Below, piece by piece: positions 1-10,478 of a stretch of 64,000 nt of DNA; position 1 is the first letter of the stretch; each line of letters opens with the position of its first letter. The position numbers and the translations under genes are program-made. A model generated the notes under the pieces. It did not search any database, had not been told where the DNA came from, and saw nothing but the letters and a program-made list of their open reading frames with translations. The DNA comes from an uncultured Pseudomonadota bacterium (GTDB lineage: Bacteria; SAR324; JACQKK01): positions 1,909-65,908 of the forward strand of contig CAZOXD010000004.1 in NCBI GenBank assembly GCA_964583525.1, in the 5' to 3' direction.

Positions 1-600
1 CGGCTGTCCAGCCTTGGATTCAGCCGCGTGGAACTGATGCACAAGTTGGGCTATGCCAACACTGACAGGGGCCTCCGACGCTTCGATGATTTCCTGGCCA
101 CGGGCCGAATCACCACCCATCTACTGAAGGGTCTGCCCGATGTGCTGGGGCTGGACACCGTCGATGTGGAAGCTGCTTCCGCCACGACCCGCCAGCAGAT
201 CGCTGATGCTGAAGAAGCCGCTGCCCGCGAACGGTTCCGGCCTCACATTCTGGTGCTGACAGAATTTCCCCCCGGAATTCACTTCCCGGCGTTCGCCCAG
301 ATGTTTACATGGGGGCAGAAGTTGATTTCCCTACCGGATGAATTCGCCTGCCTGTCATCGACCCTGCAAGTGAAACAGGCCGCCCGCATCGTGCGCCGCC
401 ACTTCCATGAAACTGGTGGTGAGTTTACGGTGTGGGGCACCATCACAGGCTATCGACTGCAATGTACTTTCGATCATGCTGTAGTGCTGGAAACGGATGG
501 AACTATTCGGGAAGGTTTCGACCGGACAGGCGAACTCCCGGCCCCCGAAATCCGTATCAAGGGGAAGCGGGTGCCGGTGGGGGTGTTCGTGGGGGAATGA
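1..600 (+). CDS. Partial (5'-truncated by window) HTH-like protein, family unknown
   Basis: The frame is open from nt 1, so the start lies outside the window. 'LGFSRVELMHKLGYANTDRGLRRF' looks like an HTH segment and parallels 'LGMTRQQVIEKTPYQNISKGMLRL' of the gene at 36562. The C-terminal tail 'GFDRTGELPAPEIRIKGKRVPVGVFVGE*' recurs at 37242-37328. Confidence 0.5.
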   Translation, partial: RLSSLGFSRVELMHKLGYANTDRGLRRFDDFLATGRITTHLLKGLPDVLGLDTVDVEAASATTRQQIADAEEAAARERFRPHILVLTEFPPGIHFPAFAQMFTWGQKLISLPDEFACLSSTLQVKQAARIVRRHFHETGGEFTVWGTITGYRLQCTFDHAVVLETDGTIREGFDRTGELPAPEIRIKGKRVPVGVFVGE

Positions 601-664
601 CTGCCGTGTTCGCTTGGCTTGGATCGGGCCTAGGGCCTTGTTGTCGAATCGGACCAATATCGAT

Positions 665-1708
665 CTAGTGGAGTGACATTGCCCCTTCCTCGGGAAAAGG
701 CAACCCATCAGCCAACGCCGGTTGGTCGCCTCCTAACAGTCGATCGACAATCGCCTGCACCACCGGTGGACACACTGCATTCCCGAGGAGCTTAATCCTG
801 TCTCTACGAGTGCCGTGCAGCAGGCGGTAGTTGTCACTGAAGCCCATCGCCCGCTTCAGTTCCGGAACCTGGAGCATCCGCATCTTCGGGGTTCCGGACT
901 CCCACTCCACCAGTGCGAACCGGTCAAGGGTAGTTATGGTACGGAGCGGACGGTCAAGAGATTGCCAGCCGCCGGCACCGTCGGTGCCATAGTAGACGAT
1001 CAGGAAGGGCACCCCCTCCCCGAGAGCCTCGACCGCACGCATAGCGCGGGCCAATGTCGGCGCGGCTCGCCGAGGAGCAAAGAGGGGCGATGTGCGCCAC
1101 CGGTTGGGCTGGTCGATGACTGCGGACACGGCCGTGCCCTGGCCTTTGCAGACAATGTCGGGAACGTCACGATCCCTGTCGCCCACGATGAACAAGCGCT
1201 TGCGCCCCTGCGGGACCCCGAATCCCGCGGCATCAAGGACCTGTTCTTTGATGTTGTAGTGTTCCCTCAGGGCGGAGACAAATTCCTCGTAACGTTCCCA
1301 AGCCCGCATTTGGACCACGTTCTCGATCACGATCCAGCGCGGGGATAACGCGCGAACGAAGGTAAGAACATGGAGGGCCGTCTCACGGCTTTCCTCCAAT
1401 CCGGCACGTTTTCCACGGGCACACGTATGGCTTGTGCACTCCGGTGACGCCAGCAGAAGGTCCACCGAGCCGATATCCCCCACGATCTCGGGGCCTGTTG
1501 TGCCGTCTAGACGGGCGGGGACTACCTTCGCCTCCGGGAAATTGTCCGCGTAGACCCGGTTCGCCAGGGGCCAGGAGTCCACGCCGCACACGATCTCCGC
1601 TCCTGCCATCCGGGCGCCCCAACTGCTCCCGCCGCCCCCGCAATAGAGATCCAGCGTGCGAGGCCCCGTGTGCGGCATGTCTCCGGATTCATCCGTGGTA
1701 CGTAACAT
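665..1708 (-). CDS. dcm: DNA (cytosine-5) methyltransferase; candidate DISARM class-2 DrmMII
   Basis: C5-MTase motifs occur in order: motif I 'LDLYCGGGG', catalytic-Cys motif 'SPECTSHT', 'ENV', 'QGRKRLFIVG'. The ORF track extends to 1966, but that extension is low-complexity and overlaps vsr. The ATG at 1708 lies 19 nt after the vsr stop (alternative ATG at 1678). Confidence 0.9.
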   Translation of the reverse strand: MLRTTDESGDMPHTGPRTLDLYCGGGGSSWGARMAGAEIVCGVDSWPLANRVYADNFPEAKVVPARLDGTTGPEIVGDIGSVDLLLASPECTSHTCARGKRAGLEESRETALHVLTFVRALSPRWIVIENVVQMRAWERYEEFVSALREHYNIKEQVLDAAGFGVPQGRKRLFIVGDRDRDVPDIVCKGQGTAVSAVIDQPNRWRTSPLFAPRRAAPTLARAMRAVEALGEGVPFLIVYYGTDGAGGWQSLDRPLRTITTLDRFALVEWESGTPKMRMLQVPELKRAMGFSDNYRLLHGTRRDRIKLLGNAVCPPVVQAIVDRLLGGDQPALADGLPFPEEGAMSLH

Positions 1709-1727
1709 ATCGCTTACACCCGACCCG

Positions 1728-2186
1728 TCAGTCGGTAGATTTTCGCAGAGCTTCAAGGATCCTCCGAATGCAGTTGTCAATGTCCCTTTCGATTTGGTGC
1801 TCCCATATGCGCACGACCTTCCATCCCTGTCTGCGCAGCAGCCTGTGGTTCCTGGCGTCCCTGAGCCTGTTCCCCTCGATCTTGCGTTCCCACTTCTCTG
1901 AGAGCTTATCCCTCCATTGCGGGAACCTCCATCCGTGCCAGAAGTCCCCGTCAACGAAGATGGCAACCTTTCCTTCGTCGAACGCGAAATCTGGTCTGCC
2001 TGGTAGGTCGCTGCGATGGCCGTCCCACTTCAGCCCGGCCCTCTCCAACTCCCCCGCAATCGCCCGCTCCGGCCCGGTGTCCCTCCCCCGTATCCGGGAC
2101 ATCACCCGGCTGCGAGTCTCCGGTGACATGATGTCACCCCGATGCCTCCGCTTTCGGGGTTGATTCCGCGCGTCATTTCTTACCAT
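1728..2186 (-). CDS. vsr: Very-short-patch repair endonuclease (Vsr)
   Basis: 'TGPERAIAGELERAGLKW', 'GRPDFAF', 'VAIFVDGDFWHG', 'GNRLRDARNHRLLRRQGWKVVRIWEH' match the Vsr signature. It sits directly upstream of dcm in the same transcription direction. Start chosen at ATG 2186 (alternative 2129). Confidence 0.88.
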   Translation of the reverse strand: MVRNDARNQPRKRRHRGDIMSPETRSRVMSRIRGRDTGPERAIAGELERAGLKWDGHRSDLPGRPDFAFDEGKVAIFVDGDFWHGWRFPQWRDKLSEKWERKIEGNRLRDARNHRLLRRQGWKVVRIWEHQIERDIDNCIRRILEALRKSTD

Positions 2187-2239
2187 ACTGGTGTATCCTT
2201 GTACTAATATTCCGCGAACTTGACTAGGTTTTCCGTGTA

Positions 2240-4897
2240 ATGGAAGTTGACGAGACCACCAGAATTCGGGAATCCACACTTGTTGGGCTTCAGGATCACT
2301 TTCCTGCCCTGCGAATGCGCGTAGGATGGGCCGATGCGGATCCACTTGCGGGGCTCGTGCCCTTACCTCATGTTTTCGGTTACATCCTTGCTACAGCGCA
2401 AGCACATGTCAACGGGACTACTCTTCTGGTGGTTGATCGTGGCCAGTGGCTTGCGCCGCTGGCGGCGATGCTCGTCTCGATCCACCGGTTCGGCAGGGAA
2501 GCCGACAGGCTGGTCAAGGAATTCGGGGTGACCCGGCTGCAGAAGGGCCAGCGCGTGAGGGTGTACCCGACGGATTACGTTTACGAGTTCGATGGGCTCT
2601 TCCGCGGATACCAGGAATTCGTCCGACTCAGGGTTGTCGGCACTGGGGAACGCAACGAGACCCGCTCGTTTCCTGCAAGCCAGATTCTCAGGCTTCACCC
2701 CACCGAACACCTCCGGCCGAAGGGAACGCAGGCAACACGGTTTCCCGACGCCGACACACCGCTTGAGGCCCTGGTGGGTGTGCGCACGTATGCAAATCCA
2801 GCAGTCTTCCAGACGTTTGTCGTCTATTGCGGCTCGCATGGAGAAGCGAAGGCCTTCTGCGAGTCCCTTCGCTGGTCTTCTGGACCGGATGCTGTGAAGT
2901 CGCAGCCCGGCGCAGTTATTCCGTGGGGTTCGGTTGGCCCAGATGGGACCGTGACATACGACGACAGGTATCAGAGTGTCGGTGCTCCGATGGTGCTGGT
3001 AGCGCGAACTCTTGAGGACGTCGAGATCTTTTGCCAGCGAGAAGAAAACCAAGTGGCTGTGATCGTGGACGGGTTCCAGCGCGCCGTGGGTCATAGGGCG
3101 ACCCTTGGCCGCATCGCAGCAAATCGGCACGTGATCATACTTGCCTCTCCATCAGAAGTTACGGCTGAGTCGGAAATCCGGAACCTGGCAGAGCAGGGGG
3201 CCAGGATTTGGTACATGGCACCAGATGAGGTTCTGTATGGGGTGCACGAGTACAGACCCGAGAGACTTCCGGAGCCAATAGGTTCCGTGATGCGTGCATG
3301 CCTCTCCCGAAAACATGTGACTCCTTGGGCCGTGCCATGCCAGGACTCAATGATTTCCGGCCTCCATTCCGAATTTGAGCGGTCTCACAGGTTATTGCGT
3401 GCCCATGATCGTGATGGTGAGGACGCATTCAGTGACTCATTTGCCATGTTGTTCTGGATCTCCCGGTTCCTCGGGGAGGTTGGATTCCTTGGGGTCGAGT
3501 CCATACTCGAGCGCATGAAGCTTGCGCGGGAAATGTTGAATGCAGAGACCGCATGGATGCCTCCACCGGTAGTGGAACTGCTGAAGGCGGCCTTCCAGCG
3601 ACTGGACGGTTTGGTTGCTGGCAACATCGCAGGAGTGTCAGGTGATAAGAAGCAGAAGCTTCTCGAGATCCTGAAGGACGCCCAATCCCAGTATAGAGAG
3701 CGGATTGTCGTATGTACCCGGGACGGCAGTTCGGTGGAACTGTTGCGGCGATGGTTAGGAGGATACGAACTGCATCCAGACATTCACACCGCGCGTGAGG
3801 CGGCTCGCGCACCGGCTGGTTCATGGGATCTTGCTTTGCTTCTCGGGTGGCATCGTAGCGAACTATTCCTGACCATGGTTAGCGGTGGGGTGGCGCGGGA
3901 CGTGGCCGTTTTGGCATACCCGTTCGAGCAGAAGGACTTTGAGATGGCGTGCATCCGACAGGAAGGTCTGCTCAGGCAGTGGCCTGCGCTTTTGTCCGAT
4001 CTTGTCGAGATTACGGGACTTGATGTTCACGAACTTCCGGGATTTCGGCCATCTGCTCAGGAAGCCGTATCCGAACCTGCAGCCGGCCGTCAGCCCACCT
4101 CCGGCCACGCAGATGTCAAGTCGGTTGCCACCGTGGAAGACATCGAAGCCTGGCTGAATCGTCCAGTCCGATACCACCCAATTGGCACAGATGAAAGAGC
4201 GGGTGACACGGACGCGATAGCGTTGGGTTTCGAGAGCGGTAGCCATGCGTTCATCGAACCGTTCCGTCAGATCCCGCGAGTAGCTGCCTATCAAAATGGC
4301 CCGGAGCAACTACAGGTGACACCTATCCGTGCGGATTCCGTGGAGGTGGGCGATATCCTTCTGTTTAGGGAGGCATCCGACAAGGATATCATCCGCCTCC
4401 TAGCGGAGGATCAGTTGGGCGAGAGTCAGTACGCGAGGCTTCGTGACGTAGCCGGACAGTGGAGGGAGGCGCTGGAAACGATTGGTGATGACCCAGTTCT
4501 CGTCCGGCGAAGACTTATCAATCATGGTCTGGAACGAGAATTGGCGACCATCAGGAGATGGCAGGAGGACTCTGATCTCATCGCCCCGCAGCGCCATGAG
4601 GATGTGTTGATCATAATCCGTGCATCGGGAATCCACGCTCTCGAGCCGGAGGCTGATCGCATTCTGAATGCCATCACGGTCCTCCGCGGTGCCCATATCG
4701 CATCCGGGCACGAGCTGTCCCGTCTCGTGCGGGAGCGGGCTGGAGCGGGGCTTCGTCTGGACTTGTACGATGATCAGGAGATCGATCTCGGGCTGTGCAC
4801 GGCGTGGCTCGTGCGCGTACGATCAATCAACAATGAGGTTCGCCGCGTCCCGCGAAGCCTCATAAACCAGATCATCCGGAGAGACGCCTTGGCATGA
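2240..4897 (+). CDS. 885-aa protein of unknown function; DrmE-like by position only
   Basis: Long uninterrupted ORF immediately upstream of the drmA/drmB-like pair and divergent from dcm/vsr. I recognise no catalytic motif. The call rests on the E-A-B gene order known for class-2 DISARM. Confidence 0.5.
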   Translation: MEVDETTRIRESTLVGLQDHFPALRMRVGWADADPLAGLVPLPHVFGYILATAQAHVNGTTLLVVDRGQWLAPLAAMLVSIHRFGREADRLVKEFGVTRLQKGQRVRVYPTDYVYEFDGLFRGYQEFVRLRVVGTGERNETRSFPASQILRLHPTEHLRPKGTQATRFPDADTPLEALVGVRTYANPAVFQTFVVYCGSHGEAKAFCESLRWSSGPDAVKSQPGAVIPWGSVGPDGTVTYDDRYQSVGAPMVLVARTLEDVEIFCQREENQVAVIVDGFQRAVGHRATLGRIAANRHVIILASPSEVTAESEIRNLAEQGARIWYMAPDEVLYGVHEYRPERLPEPIGSVMRACLSRKHVTPWAVPCQDSMISGLHSEFERSHRLLRAHDRDGEDAFSDSFAMLFWISRFLGEVGFLGVESILERMKLAREMLNAETAWMPPPVVELLKAAFQRLDGLVAGNIAGVSGDKKQKLLEILKDAQSQYRERIVVCTRDGSSVELLRRWLGGYELHPDIHTAREAARAPAGSWDLALLLGWHRSELFLTMVSGGVARDVAVLAYPFEQKDFEMACIRQEGLLRQWPALLSDLVEITGLDVHELPGFRPSAQEAVSEPAAGRQPTSGHADVKSVATVEDIEAWLNRPVRYHPIGTDERAGDTDAIALGFESGSHAFIEPFRQIPRVAAYQNGPEQLQVTPIRADSVEVGDILLFREASDKDIIRLLAEDQLGESQYARLRDVAGQWREALETIGDDPVLVRRRLINHGLERELATIRRWQEDSDLIAPQRHEDVLIIIRASGIHALEPEADRILNAITVLRGAHIASGHELSRLVRERAGAGLRLDLYDDQEIDLGLCTAWLVRVRSINNEVRRVPRSLINQIIRRDALA

Positions 4898-4954
4898 GTC
4901 GTCGGGGGGAATGACACTCGATAACGGGCCAGGGAGTCGTGAAGCGAGGAAATC

Positions 4955-7900
4955 ATGGGGAGCGACAAGGCGCCAGGTGCAGCCCGAGAGGCCATCATCG
5001 AATTCGTGGCCAGGGAACTTCTGGGACCTGGAAACGATCAGGTCGATCCCGAAACGGGACAGGAGTTGTTGCGCGCACAGGACCCGCCGAAGATCCGGTA
5101 CAGCACGGGAATTCTGTTCCCCCGGCGCTCCGCAACGTCCGACCAGGAGGAGCTTGGCGAGGAGACCCCGATTCGATCCTTCGAGGAACCGGATGACGGT
5201 AACGAATCCGGGCAGGAGGCTGACGATTCGACATTCGGCAGCGATTCAGATGGTGGGTCTGATACGGAAGAGAGCGTTAACTTGGCGAACCAGTACCTTC
5301 CGAGCGCGCTCGGGCTAAGCGCCCTGATCGACGAAGGATCGGACCTGGTGATCGCAATCAGGGCAGGGAGATATCGCAAGAAAACTGTCGAATTGGAGGC
5401 GTCCGAAACCGGGAAGCATGGGGGGCGTGAGCCGTCAGCGGATCCCAGCGGGAAGCTCTCTGCAGAGTGGTGGGCCAGGGAGCCGATCGAACACAATATC
5501 AGGGTGGATGCGGGGGAACTCTCGGGCAGGGAGAGGGTCGTCAAATGGATCGACCTGAACGCGCCGGATGAAGCGGGAGGTTTGAGGGTGCATGTTGTGA
5601 GCCGGGCCCGCGGGCGCGAGTCGGCCTCGGCTGAGAGCGAGCAACTGCTCACTATCACCCTAGTTAACTCCAACACGTTGACTACTGCTTCACCAAGCAA
5701 CGAGGATTGCTTTTTTCAGTGCTCGCTCCATGCCACGTGCGATCGGGGCTTCCTGCCCTACCCGGAGCTCCCGGCCGGCAGCGAGGACGAGGAGGCGGCT
5801 TCTCTCAGGCTGCTCTACCGGCACAAACCCACCTACGCCATCGGGCATGGGTGTGCGGCCGGCTGGTCCGGGCCAGCGAGGGGCCGTCCGACGTCCGTCC
5901 GGACGGAGGTTCTCCCGGTATTCGAGACCCCCCCCGTATTGCCGAGGGTGATCGAGGATCTGCCCCTGGGCTTCCTGGATTTCGCAGAGGGGGAGAGCGA
6001 GGCGTTGATCGAGGGATGCCGCTCGCTCGCGGAGCACTACTGGGCATGGATCGATCAAATCGAGAACCGCCTCGCAGGGGACCTGCCGGCCGACGATGCT
6101 GCAATAGCGGAAGCCGGCCGCCAGCATGTGGCGCTCTGCCGCGCATGCCATTCCAGAATCCATACTGGCATCGACCTGCTCGAGCGCGACGCGACGGTCA
6201 TGGAGGCCTTCCGGCTGATGAACCGGGCGATGTTGATGCAGCAGATGCATTCCGGACTTGCAGAGTCACCGAGGGAATGGAGGGATGACATGCCGGAGCA
6301 GCCCTTCACGAGGCCGGACGTGCACGGTGCCGATGCCGGCCGGCGGGGCTGGCGACTGTTCCAGTTGGCCTTCATCCTGATGAACCTGGAGTCCATGGCC
6401 GAACCTAGCTCGCTGGATAGGGGGGTGGTGGATCTCGTGTGGTTCCCGACTGGCGGCGGGAAGACGGAGGCCTATCTGGGACTTGCCAGCTTCACCATAT
6501 TCCTGCGGCGCCTCCGCAATCCCGGAAACGGCGGGATGACTGTATTCATGCGCTATACGCTCCGCCTGCTGACGGCCGACCAGTTCCGTCGCGCCGCGTC
6601 TCTGCTCTGTGCATGCGAAGTGATCCGGCGCGAGATGCCAGATCGGCTTGGTCGGGAGCGGTTCACGGTCGGACTGTGGGCCGGATTCGAGGTCACGCCG
6701 AACCGCGAGGATGACGCGATCAGAAAACTGAACGAGTTACAGCGGCAGGGCGACCCGGAGAGATCGCATCCCTTCCTGCTGCAATGCTGTCCATGGTGCG
6801 GAATCAGGCTTGGCGTGGTCGCGGGTGGCAAGCGTCGCGCACCTCCCGTGATCAAGGGATTCGTGTCTCGCCCCCGCTCACCTAAGTTCCGCATCATCTG
6901 CCCTGAAGCGGACTGCGACTTCAATTCCGAAGAAGGCATCCCCGTCCAGATCGTGGACGAGGCCATCTATGTGCAGCCTCCCACGCTTGTGATCGGGACG
7001 GTGGACAAGTTCGCCACTGTGGTTTTCCGGCCCGAGGCGCGGACCCTGTTCGGCATCGACGCACCGGGAGGGCCTTCGCCGCCGGAACTCATTATCCAAG
7101 ACGAGCTGCACCTGATATCAGGACCGCTGGGCTCGATGGTGGGCCACTACGAGACAGTCATCGACGCTCTATGCTCGGCGGAAGCGCCGGTCAAGATCGT
7201 GGCCTCGACGGCAACCATCTCCCACGCGCGCGAACAGATCCGCAAGCTGTACGGGCGCGATTTCTTCCTGTTCCCGCCCCAGGGACTGATCGCGGGTGAC
7301 TCCTTCTTTGCCGAGGAACGGCCGGATGTGACGGGACGTGCCTATGTCGGATTCATGGGTACGGCCAACCCCTCCCATGTAACATCCCAGGTCCGCGCGA
7401 TGGCCGCGCTGCTGCAGGCACCGCTGGTGGCCGAGCGGGACGGTCACGGTCCAATCGATCCCTATTTCACCCTGATCGCCTACTACAACAGCCTCAGGGA
7501 GCTGGGCCAAGCGGCCACGCTGATCAACGCCGATATCCGCGAGTACCTCAACGTGGTGTGGGACCGGATGGGCATCCGGAAGTCGGATGTCGCCGGGAAG
7601 CAGATGGACCCGAGGAGGTTCCCCAACAACGTGGTCGAGCTGACCAGTCGTGCATCCGCCGAGGAAGTCACGCGCAACCTTCAGCGGTTGCGGGTTCCCT
7701 ATGACGGGGTACGGCCTGTCAAAGCCGTGGACGCATGCCTCGCAACGAACATGATCCAGGTTGGGCTGGATGTTCTGCGCCTCGGACTGATGACGATCAC
7801 TGGTCAGCCGAAGACGACCTCCGAGTACATTCAGGCATCGAGCCGGATCGGTCGGCGGCATCCAGGCCTCGTGGTGACCAACTACAACGCTGCAAAACCG

Positions 7901-8395
7901 AGGGACCGATCGCACTACGAGCACTTCCGGTCCTACCACGAGAGCTTCTACCGGTACGTGGAGCCGACAAGCGTGACGCCTTTCGCCGTCCCCGTGCGGG
8001 AACGCGCCCTGCACGCGCTCCTGGTAATCCTGACCCGCATGTGGGGCGACTTGCGCACAAGGGAGCAACCGTGGCCATTCCCCCCGGAGTCCCTGATCCA
8101 AGGTGTCCAGAATGCAATCCTCGGACGCATCGAGGGCATGGAGAAGAGCGAAGTGGCTGGGGCAAGAAGGATGATCGAAGAATTCCTGGACGACTGGCGG
8201 CGGCTCGAACCGGAGCGTTACGGGAATTTCGACGTCCGACCGGACCCGAGGGTGCCGCTTCTGGTCCCGGCCGGCGGTGAGTGGCCGGAGGACTGGATTG
8301 GTCGCGTCAAGGAGGTGCCCATTTCGATGAGGAATGTGGACAGGGAGTGCCAGGTGCAGACGCTGAGCCGATATGGCAACAGGTCGGTGCTTTAA
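4955..8395 (+). CDS. drmA: Superfamily-2 DEAH-type helicase, DrmA-like
   Basis: Motif I 'FPTGGGKTEAYLG', motif II 'IIQDELHLISG', motif III 'VASTATI', motif V-like 'ATNMIQVGLDV', motif VI 'EYIQASSRIGRR'. A 'gagga' RBS precedes the ATG. A DUF1998 gene follows 27 nt downstream. Confidence 0.75.
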   Translation: MGSDKAPGAAREAIIEFVARELLGPGNDQVDPETGQELLRAQDPPKIRYSTGILFPRRSATSDQEELGEETPIRSFEEPDDGNESGQEADDSTFGSDSDGGSDTEESVNLANQYLPSALGLSALIDEGSDLVIAIRAGRYRKKTVELEASETGKHGGREPSADPSGKLSAEWWAREPIEHNIRVDAGELSGRERVVKWIDLNAPDEAGGLRVHVVSRARGRESASAESEQLLTITLVNSNTLTTASPSNEDCFFQCSLHATCDRGFLPYPELPAGSEDEEAASLRLLYRHKPTYAIGHGCAAGWSGPARGRPTSVRTEVLPVFETPPVLPRVIEDLPLGFLDFAEGESEALIEGCRSLAEHYWAWIDQIENRLAGDLPADDAAIAEAGRQHVALCRACHSRIHTGIDLLERDATVMEAFRLMNRAMLMQQMHSGLAESPREWRDDMPEQPFTRPDVHGADAGRRGWRLFQLAFILMNLESMAEPSSLDRGVVDLVWFPTGGGKTEAYLGLASFTIFLRRLRNPGNGGMTVFMRYTLRLLTADQFRRAASLLCACEVIRREMPDRLGRERFTVGLWAGFEVTPNREDDAIRKLNELQRQGDPERSHPFLLQCCPWCGIRLGVVAGGKRRAPPVIKGFVSRPRSPKFRIICPEADCDFNSEEGIPVQIVDEAIYVQPPTLVIGTVDKFATVVFRPEARTLFGIDAPGGPSPPELIIQDELHLISGPLGSMVGHYETVIDALCSAEAPVKIVASTATISHAREQIRKLYGRDFFLFPPQGLIAGDSFFAEERPDVTGRAYVGFMGTANPSHVTSQVRAMAALLQAPLVAERDGHGPIDPYFTLIAYYNSLRELGQAATLINADIREYLNVVWDRMGIRKSDVAGKQMDPRRFPNNVVELTSRASAEEVTRNLQRLRVPYDGVRPVKAVDACLATNMIQVGLDVLRLGLMTITGQPKTTSEYIQASSRIGRRHPGLVVTNYNAAKPRDRSHYEHFRSYHESFYRYVEPTSVTPFAVPVRERALHALLVILTRMWGDLRTREQPWPFPPESLIQGVQNAILGRIEGMEKSEVAGARRMIEEFLDDWRRLEPERYGNFDVRPDPRVPLLVPAGGEWPEDWIGRVKEVPISMRNVDRECQVQTLSRYGNRSVL

Positions 8396-8422
8396 CTTTT
8401 GAGCGCGCTTTCAGAGGGTGCC

Positions 8423-10273
8423 ATGGTTTCATGGAAACCGTTACGTCGGGGACAGTTGATATCGCCGTTCGGGGTTGGCGCGATCATCAACTTCCCCGGT
8501 GACGAGTCTTTGATGATCGCGGGGCTGGACGAGTGGCCATCAGCGGCTGGACCGTGTCCACCCGAGTGGGTGGTGCACGAGGAACGCCTGCAGGATCTGC
8601 TGGGAAGGGACCATTTTCGCCTGCCGCCGGACTTCAGGAAGTCCGATCCGAACCTCGAATTGCGCGGCAAACGCATCCCGGCCGTCCGGTTCCCGGGCTG
8701 GCACTACTGCCCGAGGCGCGGAATTATGCAACGACTCGGGCCGTTCTCGGAGCCCAAGCACTGTCCCTGCGACCCGCGTCTCGACTGTCATAGCCTGAAA
8801 TTCAAGCCGCGCCTCATCCCGGTTCGTTTCATCAGGGCCTGCAGGCGAGGCCACGTGGATGACTTCCCGTTCATGGCATGGCTGCACGATGGCCAGGATC
8901 CGGGTGACCACACCCTGCGCATGCTGGCGGGCCGGTCGTCCGCCGCCCTGTCCGGCATCAGGGTGGAGTGCCGCACCTGCTCGGCCAGGAAGTCCATGGC
9001 CGGGCTCCTGCGCTCCGACGAGGACAGGGGTGGCCCGCTCGGCAAACTCGCACGCTGCAGGGGAAACATGCCGTGGATCGCCGATTCCGAGGGGTGCGAC
9101 GAGACGATGCGGGTTCTGCAAAGAGGGGCGTCGAACGTCTATTTTCCTGCCGTCGCGAGTTCGATCTACATCCCCCGGTGGCGGTCGTCCGAATCCCGAA
9201 GGATCAACGACCTGTTGGACAGGCATTGGGACAGAATCCAAAGTCGAGTGCGGGAAGGTGCGCTCGACGAGGGGTACCTGACCGGCCTCGCCGACGGGCA
9301 CAAAGTGGACGCCCATCGCCTTATCGCGGCCGCGCAGGAAAGACTGGAAGGTACAGCTGAGCCCCGCCAAGCAGGGGAAACCCGCGAGGAAGAAATGCGG
9401 GCCGAGGAGTACGAGGCGCTGCTGGTTGACGGAGGACATGAGACAGACGAGCTGATGGTGAGTGTCAGAAATGCGGGCGAGTACGGCATGGGCGCGGTGC
9501 CCCATCTTTTCAGCCACATCTCACTCGTGAAGAAACTCCGGGAAACCAGGGTATTCCGCGGATTCACTCGCATTGTCCCGCCGGACGACGAAAACGCGCC
9601 GGCGGCAGTGCCGCTTCACCGCGGGGACCTTCGCTGGCTCCCCGCGATCGTGGTCCGTGGGGAAGGGATCTTTATGGAAGTCAACCAGATCAGTCTCCAG
9701 CAATGGGCGGCCCAGCCGGAAGTCCGGGAGAGGATCGGGAGTCTGGCCAAGGCCTTCAACACATCGAGACAGGGCCGGGGCCTGCCGCCCCGCCTCGTCC
9801 CTCCGGAGTTCGTCCTGCTTCACTCCATTGCCCACGGTCTCATAGTGCAGCTTAGCGTGGACTGCGGGTACGGAAGCGCATCACTTCGCGAGAGGCTCTA
9901 TTTGGGCGAGCGGATTGACCGCGGTCTCATGGCTGGCATCCTGATCTATACCGCCGCGGGAGACTCGGAAGGCACGCTGGGCGGTCTGGTGCGTCAGGGT
10001 GCACCTGACCGCTTCGCCATCACGGTGGAGAGGTCGCTGGACCGCCTGTCATGGTGCTCCAGCGACCCAGTCTGCGTCGAGAGTTCCGGACAGGGGAACG
10101 AGAACGCCAATCTCGCGGCGTGCCACGGCTGCCTGCTCGTTCCCGAGACGTCATGCGAACACGGGAACCGGTTCCTGGACCGGGGGCTTATTGTGGGAAC
10201 GCTTGAAGAGCCGGCCATAGGCTTCTCGAATGGCCCACGCAAAGTGGACTCCTTGACACTGGATACTGGATGA
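8423..10273 (+). CDS. drmB: DUF1998 (MrfA-type Zn-ribbon) protein, DrmB-like
   Basis: C-terminal 'CSSDPVCVES...ACHGCLLVPETSCEHGNRFLDRGL' is the DUF1998 Cys cluster ending in N..LDR. The track starts at TTG 8399. ATG 8423 has a 'gaggg' RBS and is preferred. Confidence 0.75.
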   Translation: MVSWKPLRRGQLISPFGVGAIINFPGDESLMIAGLDEWPSAAGPCPPEWVVHEERLQDLLGRDHFRLPPDFRKSDPNLELRGKRIPAVRFPGWHYCPRRGIMQRLGPFSEPKHCPCDPRLDCHSLKFKPRLIPVRFIRACRRGHVDDFPFMAWLHDGQDPGDHTLRMLAGRSSAALSGIRVECRTCSARKSMAGLLRSDEDRGGPLGKLARCRGNMPWIADSEGCDETMRVLQRGASNVYFPAVASSIYIPRWRSSESRRINDLLDRHWDRIQSRVREGALDEGYLTGLADGHKVDAHRLIAAAQERLEGTAEPRQAGETREEEMRAEEYEALLVDGGHETDELMVSVRNAGEYGMGAVPHLFSHISLVKKLRETRVFRGFTRIVPPDDENAPAAVPLHRGDLRWLPAIVVRGEGIFMEVNQISLQQWAAQPEVRERIGSLAKAFNTSRQGRGLPPRLVPPEFVLLHSIAHGLIVQLSVDCGYGSASLRERLYLGERIDRGLMAGILIYTAAGDSEGTLGGLVRQGAPDRFAITVERSLDRLSWCSSDPVCVESSGQGNENANLAACHGCLLVPETSCEHGNRFLDRGLIVGTLEEPAIGFSNGPRKVDSLTLDTG

Positions 10274-10478
10274 TGTCGGGTTTTGTTTTATCGTCTTATT
10301 GTGCCAAACTCAGTTGGCGGCCGTCACTTGGTTCTTCCAGAGCACCCTACGACGTGCCACCCACGCAATTCGATGGTCACGTAATTCTCCACGACAATTC
10401 TCGCGCACATTGTCGGTGAGCGCTAGAATTGCGTGATAAGCAATTTCCGAATCGTGGGAATCTGATGGCAGACGTGCC

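Noticed and set aside
665-1966. Full 433-aa version of the dcm ORF, and the 205-aa version of vsr (to 2345)
   Set aside because: The N-terminal extensions are low-complexity (Ser/Gly/Thr/Arg-rich) and would make dcm overlap vsr by about 240 nt. Conserved MTase motif I begins only after the internal ATG at 1708 (or 1678). Likewise, Vsr homology begins after ATG 2186 (or 2129).
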